Source: Myxococcota bacterium (GTDB taxonomy: Bacteria > Myxococcota > XYA12-FULL-58-9 > JALHOP01). From it: a stretch of 64,000 nucleotides of DNA. The notes below the pieces were generated by a model. It saw only the letters and a list, made by a program, of their open reading frames with translations. It had not been told where the DNA came from and did not search any database. The position numbers were made by a program, and so were the translations under genes. Within the stretch, counting starts at the first letter, position 1, and each line of letters opens with the position of its first letter. The stretch is taken from the NCBI GenBank assembly GCA_041288095.1, contig JBGGMJ010000089.1, positions 1 to 64,000 on the forward strand. Reading direction: 5' to 3'. Shown here piece after piece: positions 49,461-60,038 of the stretch.

Positions 49461-51059
49461 TCAGTTGAACAAGAACGCCGCGGGCACGGCGTCGATCACG
49501 GCCTGGCGGTACCGCGCCTGCCCCTTCGCCATGTCGAGCGCTACCGGATTGAGCGCGTCGGTAATGACCTGGCTTTGATCGAGCACGCTACTGTCCGGCG
49601 GCTTGGGATGCGCGAGCATGTCCGTCAGCGCGGCCGCGATGCTCGGCGGCGCGTCCGATACCGCGACCTGCAGCGGCTCGGGCAAACGCCGGGCGGCGGC
49701 GACCACGAAGCTGTTCACGTGCACGACCCCCGCGTAATTCGTGCGGTACAGCACCATCGCCGGCATCGCCGCGCGCAGCGTCGCGAGGAAGTGCGCGTAG
49801 GGACGCCGAAACTGGCGGTCCGCGAAAGTGTTCAGGATGGCGACGCCTTCGTCACCCGTGCAGCGCCGCAGGGCATCGAAGAAGTTCTGAGTCACGAGGT
49901 ACTCGGGCACGCCGTCGCCCGCGAAGAGATCGACCACCACCGCGTCATAGGGCTGCGTGCAGCTCTGCAAGAAGGTGCGCGCATCCTGCTGCACGACGCT
50001 CACGCTGTCGGGCAGCGCGAAGATCTCGCGCGCCGCTTGCACGGAGGCGGGGTCGATCTCCACCACGGTCACGTCGACGCCGCGCGCCGCGAGCATGCGC
50101 GGCACGATGCCGGCGCCCAGGCCCAGCACCAGCACGCGATTGGCCTCGGGCTTGTAGCCGCGAATCAGCGCATCGAGCATGTGCGTGTACATCGACAGCG
50201 ATTGGCCGTCGCCGGCAACGGTGTTCTGGGTGATGCCGTCCTGGAAATACATGCGGCGAAAGCTCCCGTCCGCAAAGGGCGTGCTCCTCAGAATTTGCAC
50301 GGTGCCGAACATCGAGTGGTAGGAGGTCTCGCGGCGCCACTCGTGGTCGCCATAGCGGACGGGCCACTGCGATTGCGTGAAGGTGCCCTCGAAGGCCAAG
50401 AGCCCGAGCGAGAGCACGAGCGCCACTCCGCCGAGCACGGCCACCCACGCGCGTGAAGGCAGCGTCTGCGGGGGCTTCGCGGCGATGACCAACGTGAGCG
50501 CGGCCAACGCCGCCGCCACCATCAGGGTCGCGGTGAAGTTGCTGAAGTGCGGAATCAGACCGAACGCGGTAACGGACACCCCGAGCACCGAGCCGAGCGT
50601 GCTGACGAAGAACACGCGACCAGCACCAGCATCACCCGCGGCCGCGGCTCCGCCCGCGACCCGGATCGCCACCAGCAAGGGGTTCATGGCCGAGGTGGTG
50701 GCCAGCGGCACGAAGAGCAAGATGATGCAGGCGGCAAAGGCGCCGACGACCAGGTCCACGCGCGCGAGCGGCAGGAAGGTGAAGGGATAGAGCAGACAAG
50801 CCACGACGATAGCGAGCGCCGCGACGCCCGGCATGACGGCGTAGAGCAAGGTCAGGTGATCCAACGAGCGGGTCTGTCCCCCGCGAGCGGCAAGCCGCCC
50901 GCCCCACCAGTAGCCGCCCGCGAGCGCGACCAAGGTGATCGAGAGGATGCCGGTCCAGATGAAGAGGCTAACGCCGAAGTAAGGCGTCATGATGCGCGAC
51001 GCGAGGAGCTCGAGGGCGAGGATGGCGCCGCCGGTGATGAAGACGATGGCATAGAGCAT
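49461..51059 (-). CDS. Fused membrane domain / spermidine synthase-like SAM-dependent protein
   Basis: LELLASRIMTPYFG.SL..W, STLGSVLG, VLVLGLGAG, VVEIDP, DARTFL, YDAVVVDLF. Confidence 0.88.
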   Translation of the reverse strand: MLYAIVFITGGAILALELLASRIMTPYFGVSLFIWTGILSITLVALAGGYWWGGRLAARGGQTRSLDHLTLLYAVMPGVAALAIVVACLLYPFTFLPLARVDLVVGAFAACIILLFVPLATTSAMNPLLVAIRVAGGAAAAGDAGAGRVFFVSTLGSVLGVSVTAFGLIPHFSNFTATLMVAAALAALTLVIAAKPPQTLPSRAWVAVLGGVALVLSLGLLAFEGTFTQSQWPVRYGDHEWRRETSYHSMFGTVQILRSTPFADGSFRRMYFQDGITQNTVAGDGQSLSMYTHMLDALIRGYKPEANRVLVLGLGAGIVPRMLAARGVDVTVVEIDPASVQAAREIFALPDSVSVVQQDARTFLQSCTQPYDAVVVDLFAGDGVPEYLVTQNFFDALRRCTGDEGVAILNTFADRQFRRPYAHFLATLRAAMPAMVLYRTNYAGVVHVNSFVVAAARRLPEPLQVAVSDAPPSIAAALTDMLAHPKPPDSSVLDQSQVITDALNPVALDMAKGQARYRQAVIDAVPAAFLFN

Positions 51060-51164
51060 GTGGGGAGTCAGTCCTCGCGATGGCGGTTGCCGGTCAAGTG
51101 CTTGCCATCGCATAGACGGGTGGACAACTGAGGCGTCAAGCACCAGATTTCGACCGGGGGGTCC

Positions 51165-52256
51165 ATGCTGCATGAGTTCCTCAGCGCTAAGCGCGCAGAA
51201 CTGATCGAACGGTGCAGCTCGAAGGTCGCTCTCCGAAGAGAAGAGCCAGCCCACGTCGAGCTGACCGCCGGCATCCCCCTGTTTCTCGACCGACTCGTCG
51301 CCACGCTTCGCGCCGAGCCGGGCCCGCGCACCCAAGAACGCATGCCCGCACAACTCGATCCACAGAGCGCCGCCGGCAGGTACGGAAGCGAGCTGCTGCG
51401 CAGAGGCTTCACCATCGACCAAGTCGTCCACACGTATGGTGACATCTGCCAGGCCGTGACGGAGCTCGCGGTGGAGACGAAGGCGGCGATCACCATCGAG
51501 GAGTTCCGCACATTCAACAGCCTACTCGACGATGCTATCGCGGACGCGGTCACCGAGTTCGCGCACCAGCGCGATCAAGCCATTGCGAGCCAAGAGGCGC
51601 GGACAACGAACGAACGCCTGGGGTCGTTGGCACACGAGCTACGAAACCTACTCAACTCGGCGATGCTGGCGTTCGACGCGATCGAGAGTGGCAACGTCGC
51701 GCTGAACGGCGCGACCGGCGCCTTGCTTGGCCGCAGCCTCGCACGTTTGCGCGACCTCATCGATCGCTCACTGGCCGATGTACGGCTGACCGAGGGACTC
51801 CCCGAGCGGCGTGAGCGTATCGCCGTGAACGACCTCATCGAAGACGTTCGTGTGTCCGCGGCCATGGACGCCAAGAACAGGGGGATCGGCTTCACCACGC
51901 AAGGCGTCGAAGCAAGCGTGGTCGTCGAAGCGGACCGGCAAACGCTCGCCGCCGCGGTCGCGAACCTCCTGCAAAACGCCCTCAAGTTCACCCGCCCTAA
52001 TACCGAGGTTTCCTTGGTGGCACACGCGCACGACGGGTGCGTGCTCATCGAAGTCGCCGACGCGTGCGGAGGTCTCCCGCAAGGCAGCGAGGATGACCTG
52101 TTTCAAGCCTTCTCGCAGCGCGGCAACGACCGCACGGGCCTCGGCCTCGGGCTCTCCATCAGTCGCCGCGGTGTCGAAGCGAACGGCGGCAAGGTCTCCG
52201 TGCGCAACATTCCCGGCACGGGCTGCGTGTTCACGGTCGACTTACCCCAGCGCTGA
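51165..52256 (+). CDS. Cytoplasmic sensor histidine kinase
   Basis: QVVHTYGDICQAVTE sensor region, H-box AHELRN, N-box NLLQNALKF, TGLGLGL, GCVFTVDLP. Confidence 0.92.
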   Translation: MLHEFLSAKRAELIERCSSKVALRREEPAHVELTAGIPLFLDRLVATLRAEPGPRTQERMPAQLDPQSAAGRYGSELLRRGFTIDQVVHTYGDICQAVTELAVETKAAITIEEFRTFNSLLDDAIADAVTEFAHQRDQAIASQEARTTNERLGSLAHELRNLLNSAMLAFDAIESGNVALNGATGALLGRSLARLRDLIDRSLADVRLTEGLPERRERIAVNDLIEDVRVSAAMDAKNRGIGFTTQGVEASVVVEADRQTLAAAVANLLQNALKFTRPNTEVSLVAHAHDGCVLIEVADACGGLPQGSEDDLFQAFSQRGNDRTGLGLGLSISRRGVEANGGKVSVRNIPGTGCVFTVDLPQR

Positions 52257-52262
52257 CCGCCA

Positions 52263-52796
52263 ATGGCTCACCAGAAGGTGCTCGAAGTCGGCGTCAAAAC
52301 GGTCGAACAACTCTTCGACCACCGCGACCCAGCGCCCTTTCGTGAACGCACACTCGACCCCAACTTCGTCGACTACCTTCGGGAAGGCGGTGGCGACCGC
52401 ATTGCACACGGCCAGATCCACATCGTCGTCTGGTTGGCCACGCCCTGCTCCCCCGGCGAGATCGAACAAGCCGTGCACAGCCACTTCGACCTTACGCTCG
52501 AGCGGACACGCCACAGACGGCGAGAGCAGGTCCGCGCGGGTTGGATCGCGCTCACGATTGCGGCGATTGCCGTCGTGGTACTGACTGCCGTGGGTGAGCT
52601 CGTCGCAAGCAAGGTCGCCGGTTCGCTCGGGAGCGGCCTTCAGGAAGCGATCTCTATCTCGGGTTGGGTGCTCATGTGGCGACCCATCGAAATCCTCATC
52701 TACGACGGCATCCCGTGGAGACGTGAACGCCGGCTGCTGCGGGCGCTGCGCGACTCGCGGGTCGAGGTTCGTGTGGGGGCACGCGACGCTATCTGA
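52263..52796 (+). CDS. Hypothetical membrane protein
   Basis: QLFD..DPAPFRER.LDP and I.GWV.MWRPIE..IY, with two TM segments. Confidence 0.75.
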   Translation: MAHQKVLEVGVKTVEQLFDHRDPAPFRERTLDPNFVDYLREGGGDRIAHGQIHIVVWLATPCSPGEIEQAVHSHFDLTLERTRHRRREQVRAGWIALTIAAIAVVVLTAVGELVASKVAGSLGSGLQEAISISGWVLMWRPIEILIYDGIPWRRERRLLRALRDSRVEVRVGARDAI

Positions 52797-53277
52797 GGTA
52801 GTCGCCTGCCAGCGCGTCCGCATACTCGTTCCAGCGCGAGCCATCGTGCGCGCGGATCCACTGTAGCTTCAGGTTCTTCTTCTCGAGCGACAAGGCGTAG
52901 AGCTCCTGTACGAGCTCGAGGTTCTTGATCTCGCCGTCTTTGCGTCGCCAGCCGCGTCGCGCCCAGGAGGCGGCCCACTCGTTGATCGTTTTGACGCAGA
53001 GCTGACTGTCCGTGAAAACGTCCAGCGGCATGGTCGAGGAGGCCATGCGGTAGGCGGCGATCAGACCGGTGAGCTCCATGCGGTTGTTGGTCGTATGCGG
53101 GGCTCGACCGGAGAGGCTGTCGATGATCTCGTCGTCGACGACGTAGACCGCCCCCCAACCACCGGGACCGGGATTGGGCGTCGCGCTGCCGTCGGTGAAC
53201 AGGCCGGTGGTCGGCCCCTTGCGGTAGGTGGCGAGCACTTGCTCTGGCGTCAACGACGGGCGGTTGAATTGGCGCAT
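52789..53277 (-). CDS. rnhA: Ribonuclease HI
   Basis: FTDGS..PNPGPGGWG, TTNNRMEL, TDSQ, W...W..RGW, KN.EL, WIRAH.G..WNE.AD.LA. Confidence 0.92.
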   Translation of the reverse strand: MRQFNRPSLTPEQVLATYRKGPTTGLFTDGSATPNPGPGGWGAVYVVDDEIIDSLSGRAPHTTNNRMELTGLIAAYRMASSTMPLDVFTDSQLCVKTINEWAASWARRGWRRKDGEIKNLELVQELYALSLEKKNLKLQWIRAHDGSRWNEYADALAGDYLR

Positions 53278-53306
53278 GAGGGCCCTCTCATGCCATAGGC
53301 GGCCCT

Positions 53307-54947
53307 ATGCCCGCACCCCAGCACTACGATTTCATCATCGTCGGCGGCGGCTCGGCTGGCTGCGCCCTCGCCAACCGACTGAGCGCCAACCCCGACACGC
53401 GCGTCCTCGTCCTCGAAGCCGGCCGGCCCGACTACAAGTGGGACCTCTTCATCCACATGCCGTCGGCCCTCACCTTTCCGATCGGGAGCCGCTTCTACGA
53501 CTGGCAGTACCGCTCGGAGCCCGAGCCGTACATGAACGGCCGGCAAATCTATCACGCCCGCGGCAAGTTGCTCGGCGGCTCGAGCAGCATCAACGGTATG
53601 ATCTTCCAGCGCGGCAACCCGCTCGACTACGAGCGCTGGGCGGCGGACCCCGGCATGGAGCAGTGGAGCTACGCGCACTGCCTCCCCTACTTCAAACGCA
53701 TGGAGAACTGTCTCGCGGGCGGCGACCAGTTTCGCGGCACCGACGGCCCACTGCATCTCGAGCGTGGCCCCGCGACCAATCCGCTCTTCAAGGCGTTCTT
53801 CGAAGCGGTTCAAGAGGCTGGCTACCCGCTCACGACCGACGTGAACGGCTTCAAGCAAGAAGGCTTCGCCGCCTTCGACCGCAACATCAAGAAGGGCAAA
53901 CGCCTGAGCGCGGCGCGCGCGTACCTGCATCCGGTCCGCAAACGAAAGAACCTCGAGGTCATATGCCGCGCGATGACCACCAAGCTCATCGTCGAGGGCA
54001 AGCGCGTCACCGGCGTACGAGCCAACGGCAAGCTCTACTCCGCTAAAGAGGTCATCGTCTGCGGCGGCGCCATCAACTCGCCCCAGCTCCTGCAAGTGAG
54101 CGGCATCGGCCCCAAGCAGGTGCTGGAGCAAGCCGGCGTCCAAGTGCTGCACGAGCTCCCCGGAGTCGGCGAGAATCTGCAGGACCATCTCGAAGTCTAC
54201 GTGCAATACGCCTGCAAACAGCCCGTGTCGCTCGTGCCGGCGCTCAAGAAGATCAACTGGCCGTGGATTGGCTTGCTCTGGCTGCTCGCGAAAAAGGGCC
54301 CGGCGGCGACCAATCACTTCGAAGGCGGTGGCTTCATCCGCGGGAACGATGATGTGAAGTATCCGAACATCATGTTCCACTTCCTGCCGCTCGCTGTCCG
54401 CTATGACGGCACGTCGCCGGCGGGTGGCCACGGGTATCAAGTGCACGTCGGGCCGATGTACTCGGATGCGCGGGGCTCCATCCGCATCACGAGCCCCGAT
54501 GTCAGCGTCAAGCCGGCGCTCAGATTCAACTACCTCTCGACCGACACCGACCGCAGGGAGTGGATCGAAAGCATCCGCGCCGCCCGCAAGATCCTCAATC
54601 AGCCGGCGATGGCGCCTTTCAACGGCGGCGAGCTGTCCCCGGGGTCCAAAGTCGAGAGCGACGACGAGATCCTCGCCTGGGTCGCAAAAGACGGCGAGAC
54701 CGCGCTCCACCCCAGTTGCACGTGCAAGATGGGAACGGACGCGATGGCGGTCACCGACCCGCGGACGATGCGCGTCCACGGCATGGAAGGGTTGCGCGTG
54801 GTCGATGCGAGCGTGATGCCCTACGTGACGAACGGGAACATCTACGCGCCGGTGATGATGCTCGCGGAGAAGGCAGCCGATCTCATCCTCGGCAACACGC
54901 CGCTCGCGCCCGAGCAGGTCGCGTTCTACAAGCACCAGGCGGCTTAG
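53307..54947 (+). CDS. betA: Choline dehydrogenase (GMC oxidoreductase)
   Basis: [82 protein letters not shown]. Confidence 0.9.
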   Translation: MPAPQHYDFIIVGGGSAGCALANRLSANPDTRVLVLEAGRPDYKWDLFIHMPSALTFPIGSRFYDWQYRSEPEPYMNGRQIYHARGKLLGGSSSINGMIFQRGNPLDYERWAADPGMEQWSYAHCLPYFKRMENCLAGGDQFRGTDGPLHLERGPATNPLFKAFFEAVQEAGYPLTTDVNGFKQEGFAAFDRNIKKGKRLSAARAYLHPVRKRKNLEVICRAMTTKLIVEGKRVTGVRANGKLYSAKEVIVCGGAINSPQLLQVSGIGPKQVLEQAGVQVLHELPGVGENLQDHLEVYVQYACKQPVSLVPALKKINWPWIGLLWLLAKKGPAATNHFEGGGFIRGNDDVKYPNIMFHFLPLAVRYDGTSPAGGHGYQVHVGPMYSDARGSIRITSPDVSVKPALRFNYLSTDTDRREWIESIRAARKILNQPAMAPFNGGELSPGSKVESDDEILAWVAKDGETALHPSCTCKMGTDAMAVTDPRTMRVHGMEGLRVVDASVMPYVTNGNIYAPVMMLAEKAADLILGNTPLAPEQVAFYKHQAA

Positions 54948-55363
54948 CGGCTGACCAGGTACGCACCGACCGCAATCGCGGCGACGCCGGCAACCCGCGT
55001 CAGCGTAATGCTCTCGCCCAAGAACAAGACAGCGAGCACCAGGGTGACCGCCGGATAGGTCGCGGTCAGGGCGACAGCCGATGACGACGGCCCGGAGCGC
55101 ATGGCGTAGAGCAGCGCCACGATGCCGATGCCGACGAGCACCGCGGCGGCCGTGGCCCAGGCGCTCCCCGCCAGCGGATACGTCAGCGGCTCCTTCCAGT
55201 AGCGCGCCAGCGCCCAGTAGGCCGGGACCAGCGCAACGCCGGCGATGGCGTAGACGATCTGAACCGAGAGCGGTCCCATCGTGTTCATCGCCATGCGCAG
55301 GGCGAATGCCCAGATGCCCCAGCTCACGGTCGCGAGCAGGACGAGCCAATTCGTCGAACCCAT
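54944..55363 (-). CDS. EamA/DMT family small transporter
   Basis: [19 protein letters not shown], five TM segments. Confidence 0.82.
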   Translation of the reverse strand: MGSTNWLVLLATVSWGIWAFALRMAMNTMGPLSVQIVYAIAGVALVPAYWALARYWKEPLTYPLAGSAWATAAAVLVGIGIVALLYAMRSGPSSSAVALTATYPAVTLVLAVLFLGESITLTRVAGVAAIAVGAYLVSR

Positions 55364-55421
55364 GGGCGCTCGATAGCACGGCCGTTGACCACGGACCTAT
55401 GGAACCGTTACGCGAGAGCCA

Positions 55422-56879
55422 ATGACATACGCATACGAGACGCGTGGGCAGTGGATCGGTGGCGCTTGGGTCCCGAGCCGGGGCGGAGGCTCCGAAGATG
55501 TCGTCAGTCCCGCGACCGGCGCGGTCATCGGCAAGCTAATCACCGGCACCACGCGAGACGTCGACGATGCGGTCGAGAGCGCAACGTCCGCCGCAGCGGT
55601 CCTCGCGACCATGACGCCGTTCGAGCGCGCGAAGCTCTGTTTCAAGATTGCCGAGAGCATCGAGAAGCGGAAGGAGGCGTTGGCGAAGCTCCTCTCGCTG
55701 GAGCAAGGCAAGCCGTTGCACAGCGAGGCTTATGCCGAAGTCGGTGAAGCCGCCGAGTGCTTCCGGCTCTGGGGTGAAGAGGCAAAGCGCATCCAAGGCG
55801 CGGTGCATACGTCCGCTGACGCGAACAAGCGCATTCTCACCATCCGCCAACCGCGCGGCGTTTACGCCGTCATCACGCCGTGGAACTGGCCGCTCACCAT
55901 GCCCGCCGAGCTGCTCGCGCCGGCGCTCGCCGCCGGTAACAGCGTCGTTTGGGTGCCCGCTCCCACGACCTCGCTCACCGCTGCCCTGCTCGCGGAATGC
56001 ATCGCCGAGGCGGAGCTGCCGAAAGGCGCGGTGAACCTGGTCATGGGGCACGGACCGGTCGTCGGTGACGCGGTCGCGGCGCACCCCGGCACGCGCGGGA
56101 TCGCCTTCATCGGCAGCACCGTCACCGGCGAGAAGGTGGCGGCACGTGGCGCCGGCAAGGCCTTGCTCCTCGAGCTCGGAGGCAACGGGCCGTTCGTGGT
56201 TTGTCACGACGCCGACCTCGACCGCGCGGCCCAAGGCGCCGCAATAGGGGCGTTCCTGTGCGCGGGTCAGTCGTGCGCCGCGGCTGGTCGCATCCTCGTC
56301 GATGCACGGGTCGCCAAGCCCTTTTGTGAAAAGCTCGTCGCCGAGGTGCAGCGCATCAAGCTCGGCGACCCCGCGGACCCCGCCACTACCATGGGCCCGG
56401 TGAACAACACCGCGACAGCGGACAAGACCGAACGTCACGTCAACGACGCCGTCGCCAAGGGCGCAAAGCTCGTCACCGGCGGCAAGCGCAAGCCCGGCAT
56501 GCCGACGCCGCTCTACTTCGAGCCCACCATCCTCGAGAACGTCACGCCGAACATGCAGGTGTTCAGCGAGGAGACCTTCGGCCCGGTCGCGCCCATCACC
56601 ACCTTCACGACCGAAGAGGAGCTCATCGCGCTGGCGGACCTCGGGCACCACGGGCTGGTCGCCGCCGTCTACACCAGGGATCTCGCACGCAGCGTGCGCC
56701 TCGCCGAGCGCATCCGTTGCGGCGTCGTCAACGTCAACGAGTCGACGAACTACTGGGAGCTGCACGTGCCTTACGGCGGTGTCCGCAGAAGCGGCATCGG
56801 CCGCATCGGTGGACAGCGCTCGCTCGACGAGATGAGTGAGGTAAAGACCATCATTCTCGACGTGCGCGGCAACTCGTAA
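55422..56879 (+). CDS. NAD(P)-dependent aldehyde dehydrogenase
   Basis: ITPWNWP, FIGST..G, LELGGNG, AGQSC, EETFGP. Confidence 0.92.
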   Translation: MTYAYETRGQWIGGAWVPSRGGGSEDVVSPATGAVIGKLITGTTRDVDDAVESATSAAAVLATMTPFERAKLCFKIAESIEKRKEALAKLLSLEQGKPLHSEAYAEVGEAAECFRLWGEEAKRIQGAVHTSADANKRILTIRQPRGVYAVITPWNWPLTMPAELLAPALAAGNSVVWVPAPTTSLTAALLAECIAEAELPKGAVNLVMGHGPVVGDAVAAHPGTRGIAFIGSTVTGEKVAARGAGKALLLELGGNGPFVVCHDADLDRAAQGAAIGAFLCAGQSCAAAGRILVDARVAKPFCEKLVAEVQRIKLGDPADPATTMGPVNNTATADKTERHVNDAVAKGAKLVTGGKRKPGMPTPLYFEPTILENVTPNMQVFSEETFGPVAPITTFTTEEELIALADLGHHGLVAAVYTRDLARSVRLAERIRCGVVNVNESTNYWELHVPYGGVRRSGIGRIGGQRSLDEMSEVKTIILDVRGNS

Positions 56880-56894
56880 GACGCATGCTAGTGT

Positions 56895-57290
56895 TTAGCT
56901 ACGCGGCCGCCACCCCTCGGTGACGAACGGCTCGATGGCGTTCCAGAGCTCCGTCGCGCGAACCGGCTTACAGAGGACATCGGCCGCGCCGGCCCGCTTG
57001 AGGATGGTGACGTTCGGGTGTCCGAGCGTCGTGATGACGATGACCGGGATGTCTTTGGTCGTCGGCTGGCTCTTGAGCAGAGCAAGGGCCTGCACCCCGT
57101 CCATCACCGGCATCTGGATGTCGAGCAAGATGAGGTCCGGCCGCGCCTCGAGCGCGATCTTCGCGGCCTGCAAGCCGTCCTCGGCGTAGAGGAGCGCCAA
57201 GCCCCGCTTGGTGAGGTATTCGCCCTCGAGCTGGCGAAAGGCGGGTGAGTCGTCGGCGATCAGCACTGTCTTCGGCACACGAGACCTCAC
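56895..57290 (-). CDS. Single-domain response regulator
   Basis: LIADDS, LLDIQMPVMDG, VITT, KPV. Start may be GTG 57278. Confidence 0.88.
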   Translation of the reverse strand: MRSRVPKTVLIADDSPAFRQLEGEYLTKRGLALLYAEDGLQAAKIALEARPDLILLDIQMPVMDGVQALALLKSQPTTKDIPVIVITTLGHPNVTILKRAGAADVLCKPVRATELWNAIEPFVTEGWRPRS

Positions 57291-57316
57291 ACGTTGCTCT
57301 CAGAGCACATCCAAGC

Positions 57317-57805
57317 TTAACCCCTGCCCCGCCGCGCCGCCTCGATCTTCGCAATGTCGATCTTCTTCATCGTCATCATCGCCTCGAAAACGCGCTTCGC
57401 CACCGCCCTGTCGGGATCAGCGACACCTTCGTTCAACTGTCGCGGCGTGATCTGCCACAAGAAGCCCCAGCGGTCCTTGCACCAACCACAAGCGCGCTCC
57501 TCGCCGCCGTGCTCGACGATGGCGTTCCAGTAGCGATCGGTCTCCGCTTGGTCTTCGGTCTCGACCATGAACGAAACCGATTCGTTGGGCTTGAAGTTGG
57601 GGCCGCCATTGAGGCCGACGAACTGCATGCCGAGCACCGTGAACTCGACTGTCAGCTCGACTCCCTGCTTGCCGCCGGGAAAGTCACCGGGCGCCGCCAT
57701 CGCCTTGCCGACGTGACTGTCGGGAAAGACGCTCGCGTAGAACTCCGCCGCTTTGCGCGCTTCGCCGTGGTCGAACCACACGCAGGTCAGCATCCTCTTG
57801 GCCAT
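57317..57805 (-). CDS. VOC / PhnB (3-demethylubiquinone-9 3-methyltransferase-like) family protein
   Basis: WFD..EA..AA.FY..VF, LNGGP.F, CGWCKDRWG..WQI, MMTMKKIDIA. GGAGG RBS. Confidence 0.9.
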   Translation of the reverse strand: MAKRMLTCVWFDHGEARKAAEFYASVFPDSHVGKAMAAPGDFPGGKQGVELTVEFTVLGMQFVGLNGGPNFKPNESVSFMVETEDQAETDRYWNAIVEHGGEERACGWCKDRWGFLWQITPRQLNEGVADPDRAVAKRVFEAMMTMKKIDIAKIEAARRGRG

Positions 57806-57864
57806 CGGAACCCTCCCGGTTGAGGGGAGTGAACATGCAGCCGATGGGCCGGCGCCGCAATGGT

Positions 57865-60027
57865 TCAGGGAGGCAGTCGCTGGTCCGACAACTTCACCCG
57901 CGTGGTGACTCCTTTGTCGCTCGCGTGCTGGGCAGCGGTGTACGTGTACGCTCCAGCGGTCACGTGCCATCCGCGCGCGGCGGTGTCGTAGCGAGCGAGG
58001 AGTCGCGGATCGACCTCCACGCTCACGTGTTTGCGCTCGCTGGGTGCCAACTCGACACGCGCGAAGCCGACGAGCCGCGCTTGGCCGCCGGGAGGAGTCG
58101 CGTAGATCTGCGGAACCGCCACTCCGGCGCGGCCGCCGGTGTTGACGACGTCGAGCTCGACATGGGTACCGTCGCTCTTGAGACCCTCGAGCGCGAAGCG
58201 CGTGTACGAGAGGCCGAAGCCGAAGGGAAAAAGCGGTTTCGTCTTCTTGGCCGCGAACCATCGATAGCCCACGTCGGCGCCCTCGACGTACTTCACCTCG
58301 AAGGGCTGAAGCTTGGTTGCATCCGCCTGGGGTCCCGCGCGGAGGGCCTCGGCAAGACCATCGAGCTTCGGTCGCGGCAGCTGCCGTTCACCGGCGGGAA
58401 AGGTGATCGGCAGGTGGCCGGATGGGTTCACCTCGCCGAGGAGCAAGCGAGCAATCGCCTCGCCGCCGGCCTCGCCCGGATACCAGACCTCGAGCACCGC
58501 GCCGACGCGATCGAGCCACGGCATGAGCACGGGGTTGCCCGTCTCGAGCACGACGACGGTGCGCCGATTACTCTTGGCGACTGCTTCGATGAGCGCGTCT
58601 TGTCCGTCCTCGAGCCGGAGATCCCGCGCGTCCGTCCCCTCGACCGCCCACTTGGTCGCGAAGACGATGGCGACGTCGGCACCCTTCGCGACTTTGGCCG
58701 CGCGTTTCGCATCGCTGCCGTCGTCGTAGGTGATCTCCGCGTTCGGGAGTCGCGCCCTGAGCGCCGCCAGCGGTGATGAGCCATGGTAGGTGACGCAGAA
58801 GTAAGCGCCTTCGTACATGGGGATCTGGATGGGCGTCCCCGCCGCGGCCCGCACCTGCGACGAGCCACCGCCCGACAGGACACCAACGTCGGCGTGTCCG
58901 CCAATGAGGACAACGCGCTTCACGTCCGGCGCGAGGGGCAGGATCTCGTTCTTGAGCAGCACCGCGCCCTCTTCGGCGACCCGCTGCGCGACGCGTGCAT
59001 GCGCGGCATAGTCGATGTTCGTGGACGGCGCGGCGACGGGCTTGTCGACGATGCCCACGGCGATGATGCTCCGGAGAATGCGATGCACCATCGCGTCGAT
59101 CCGCGACTCCTTCACGTCGCCACGCTCGAGCGCGGCCGCGAGCGGCTGCCCCCAATGGATTTCGGTGTCGAATTCCATCCCCGATTCCTGATCGAGACCG
59201 GCAACGAGCGCGTCCATCGTGTTGTGAAGAGCAACCCAGTCCGACATCACCCAGCCGGGGTACTTCCAGTCCTGCTTGAGCACCTGCGTGAGGAGAAACT
59301 CGTCCTCACACGCGTAGCGGCCGTTGACACGGTTGTACGCGCACATCACCGACGCGGGACGCCCGTCTTCGATAGCGAGCTGGAACGCGAGCAAGTCGCT
59401 TTCGCGGAGCGCCGCCTCGTCGATGCGGGCGGACAAGACCATGCGCCCGGTCTCCTGGGCGTTGAGGGCGAAGTGCTTGACGGTGGACGCGATAGCGTTC
59501 GACTGGATGCCGCGAATGGTTGCGCCGCCGATCTTGCCGGCAAGCCACGGGTCCTCGCCGAGATACTCGAAGTTGCGGCCGTTGCGCGGCTCGCGTGTGA
59601 GATTGACGCCGCCGGCGAGCATGACGTTATAGCCCTTGGAACGCGCTTCGCTGCCGATCATGGCGCCGGCGTCGTAGGCGGCCTGGACGTCGAACGACGC
59701 CGCGGTCGCAAGCCCCGCTGGTAACGCCGTTGCAACATCACCCTTGCGGGTGTCCGCTTGATTGGCGACGCCGAGGCTCGCGTCGGTTTCGAAGAGCTCG
59801 GGAATCCCCAGGCGCGGGACGCCCCGCACGTACCCCGCTCCCACGAGCGCCTCTTTCGGCCGCTTGGTGATGGCGACGTAGCCGCGGACGAGGCGCAGCT
59901 TCTCCTCGCGGGTCATCGCTTTGACCCACGCCGCGGCGCGCGCATCGGGGGTTGCCTTGGTGTCGAGCCATGGCTTGGCGTCGGTGGGAGCGAGCAGACA
60001 GACGCTCAGAGCGAGGGCGAGTTGCAT
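57865..60027 (-). CDS. Secreted GH3 beta-glucosidase
   Basis: Signal peptide, GRNFEYLGEDP, KHFALN, VMCAYN, VMSDW nucleophile, NPSGHLPITF, FPFGFGLSYT. Confidence 0.93.
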   Translation of the reverse strand: MQLALALSVCLLAPTDAKPWLDTKATPDARAAAWVKAMTREEKLRLVRGYVAITKRPKEALVGAGYVRGVPRLGIPELFETDASLGVANQADTRKGDVATALPAGLATAASFDVQAAYDAGAMIGSEARSKGYNVMLAGGVNLTREPRNGRNFEYLGEDPWLAGKIGGATIRGIQSNAIASTVKHFALNAQETGRMVLSARIDEAALRESDLLAFQLAIEDGRPASVMCAYNRVNGRYACEDEFLLTQVLKQDWKYPGWVMSDWVALHNTMDALVAGLDQESGMEFDTEIHWGQPLAAALERGDVKESRIDAMVHRILRSIIAVGIVDKPVAAPSTNIDYAAHARVAQRVAEEGAVLLKNEILPLAPDVKRVVLIGGHADVGVLSGGGSSQVRAAAGTPIQIPMYEGAYFCVTYHGSSPLAALRARLPNAEITYDDGSDAKRAAKVAKGADVAIVFATKWAVEGTDARDLRLEDGQDALIEAVAKSNRRTVVVLETGNPVLMPWLDRVGAVLEVWYPGEAGGEAIARLLLGEVNPSGHLPITFPAGERQLPRPKLDGLAEALRAGPQADATKLQPFEVKYVEGADVGYRWFAAKKTKPLFPFGFGLSYTRFALEGLKSDGTHVELDVVNTGGRAGVAVPQIYATPPGGQARLVGFARVELAPSERKHVSVEVDPRLLARYDTAARGWHVTAGAYTYTAAQHASDKGVTTRVKLSDQRLPP

Positions 60028-60038
60028 GACGGGCGAGC

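Noticed and set aside
53250..55379. 709-aa ORF antisense to betA
   Set aside because: Mirror frame of a strongly conserved gene, with no independent motif.
55422..56879. Calling the aldehyde dehydrogenase betB
   Set aside because: Near betA, but separated by an opposite-strand gene, and I see no BetB-specific signature. Substrate left open.
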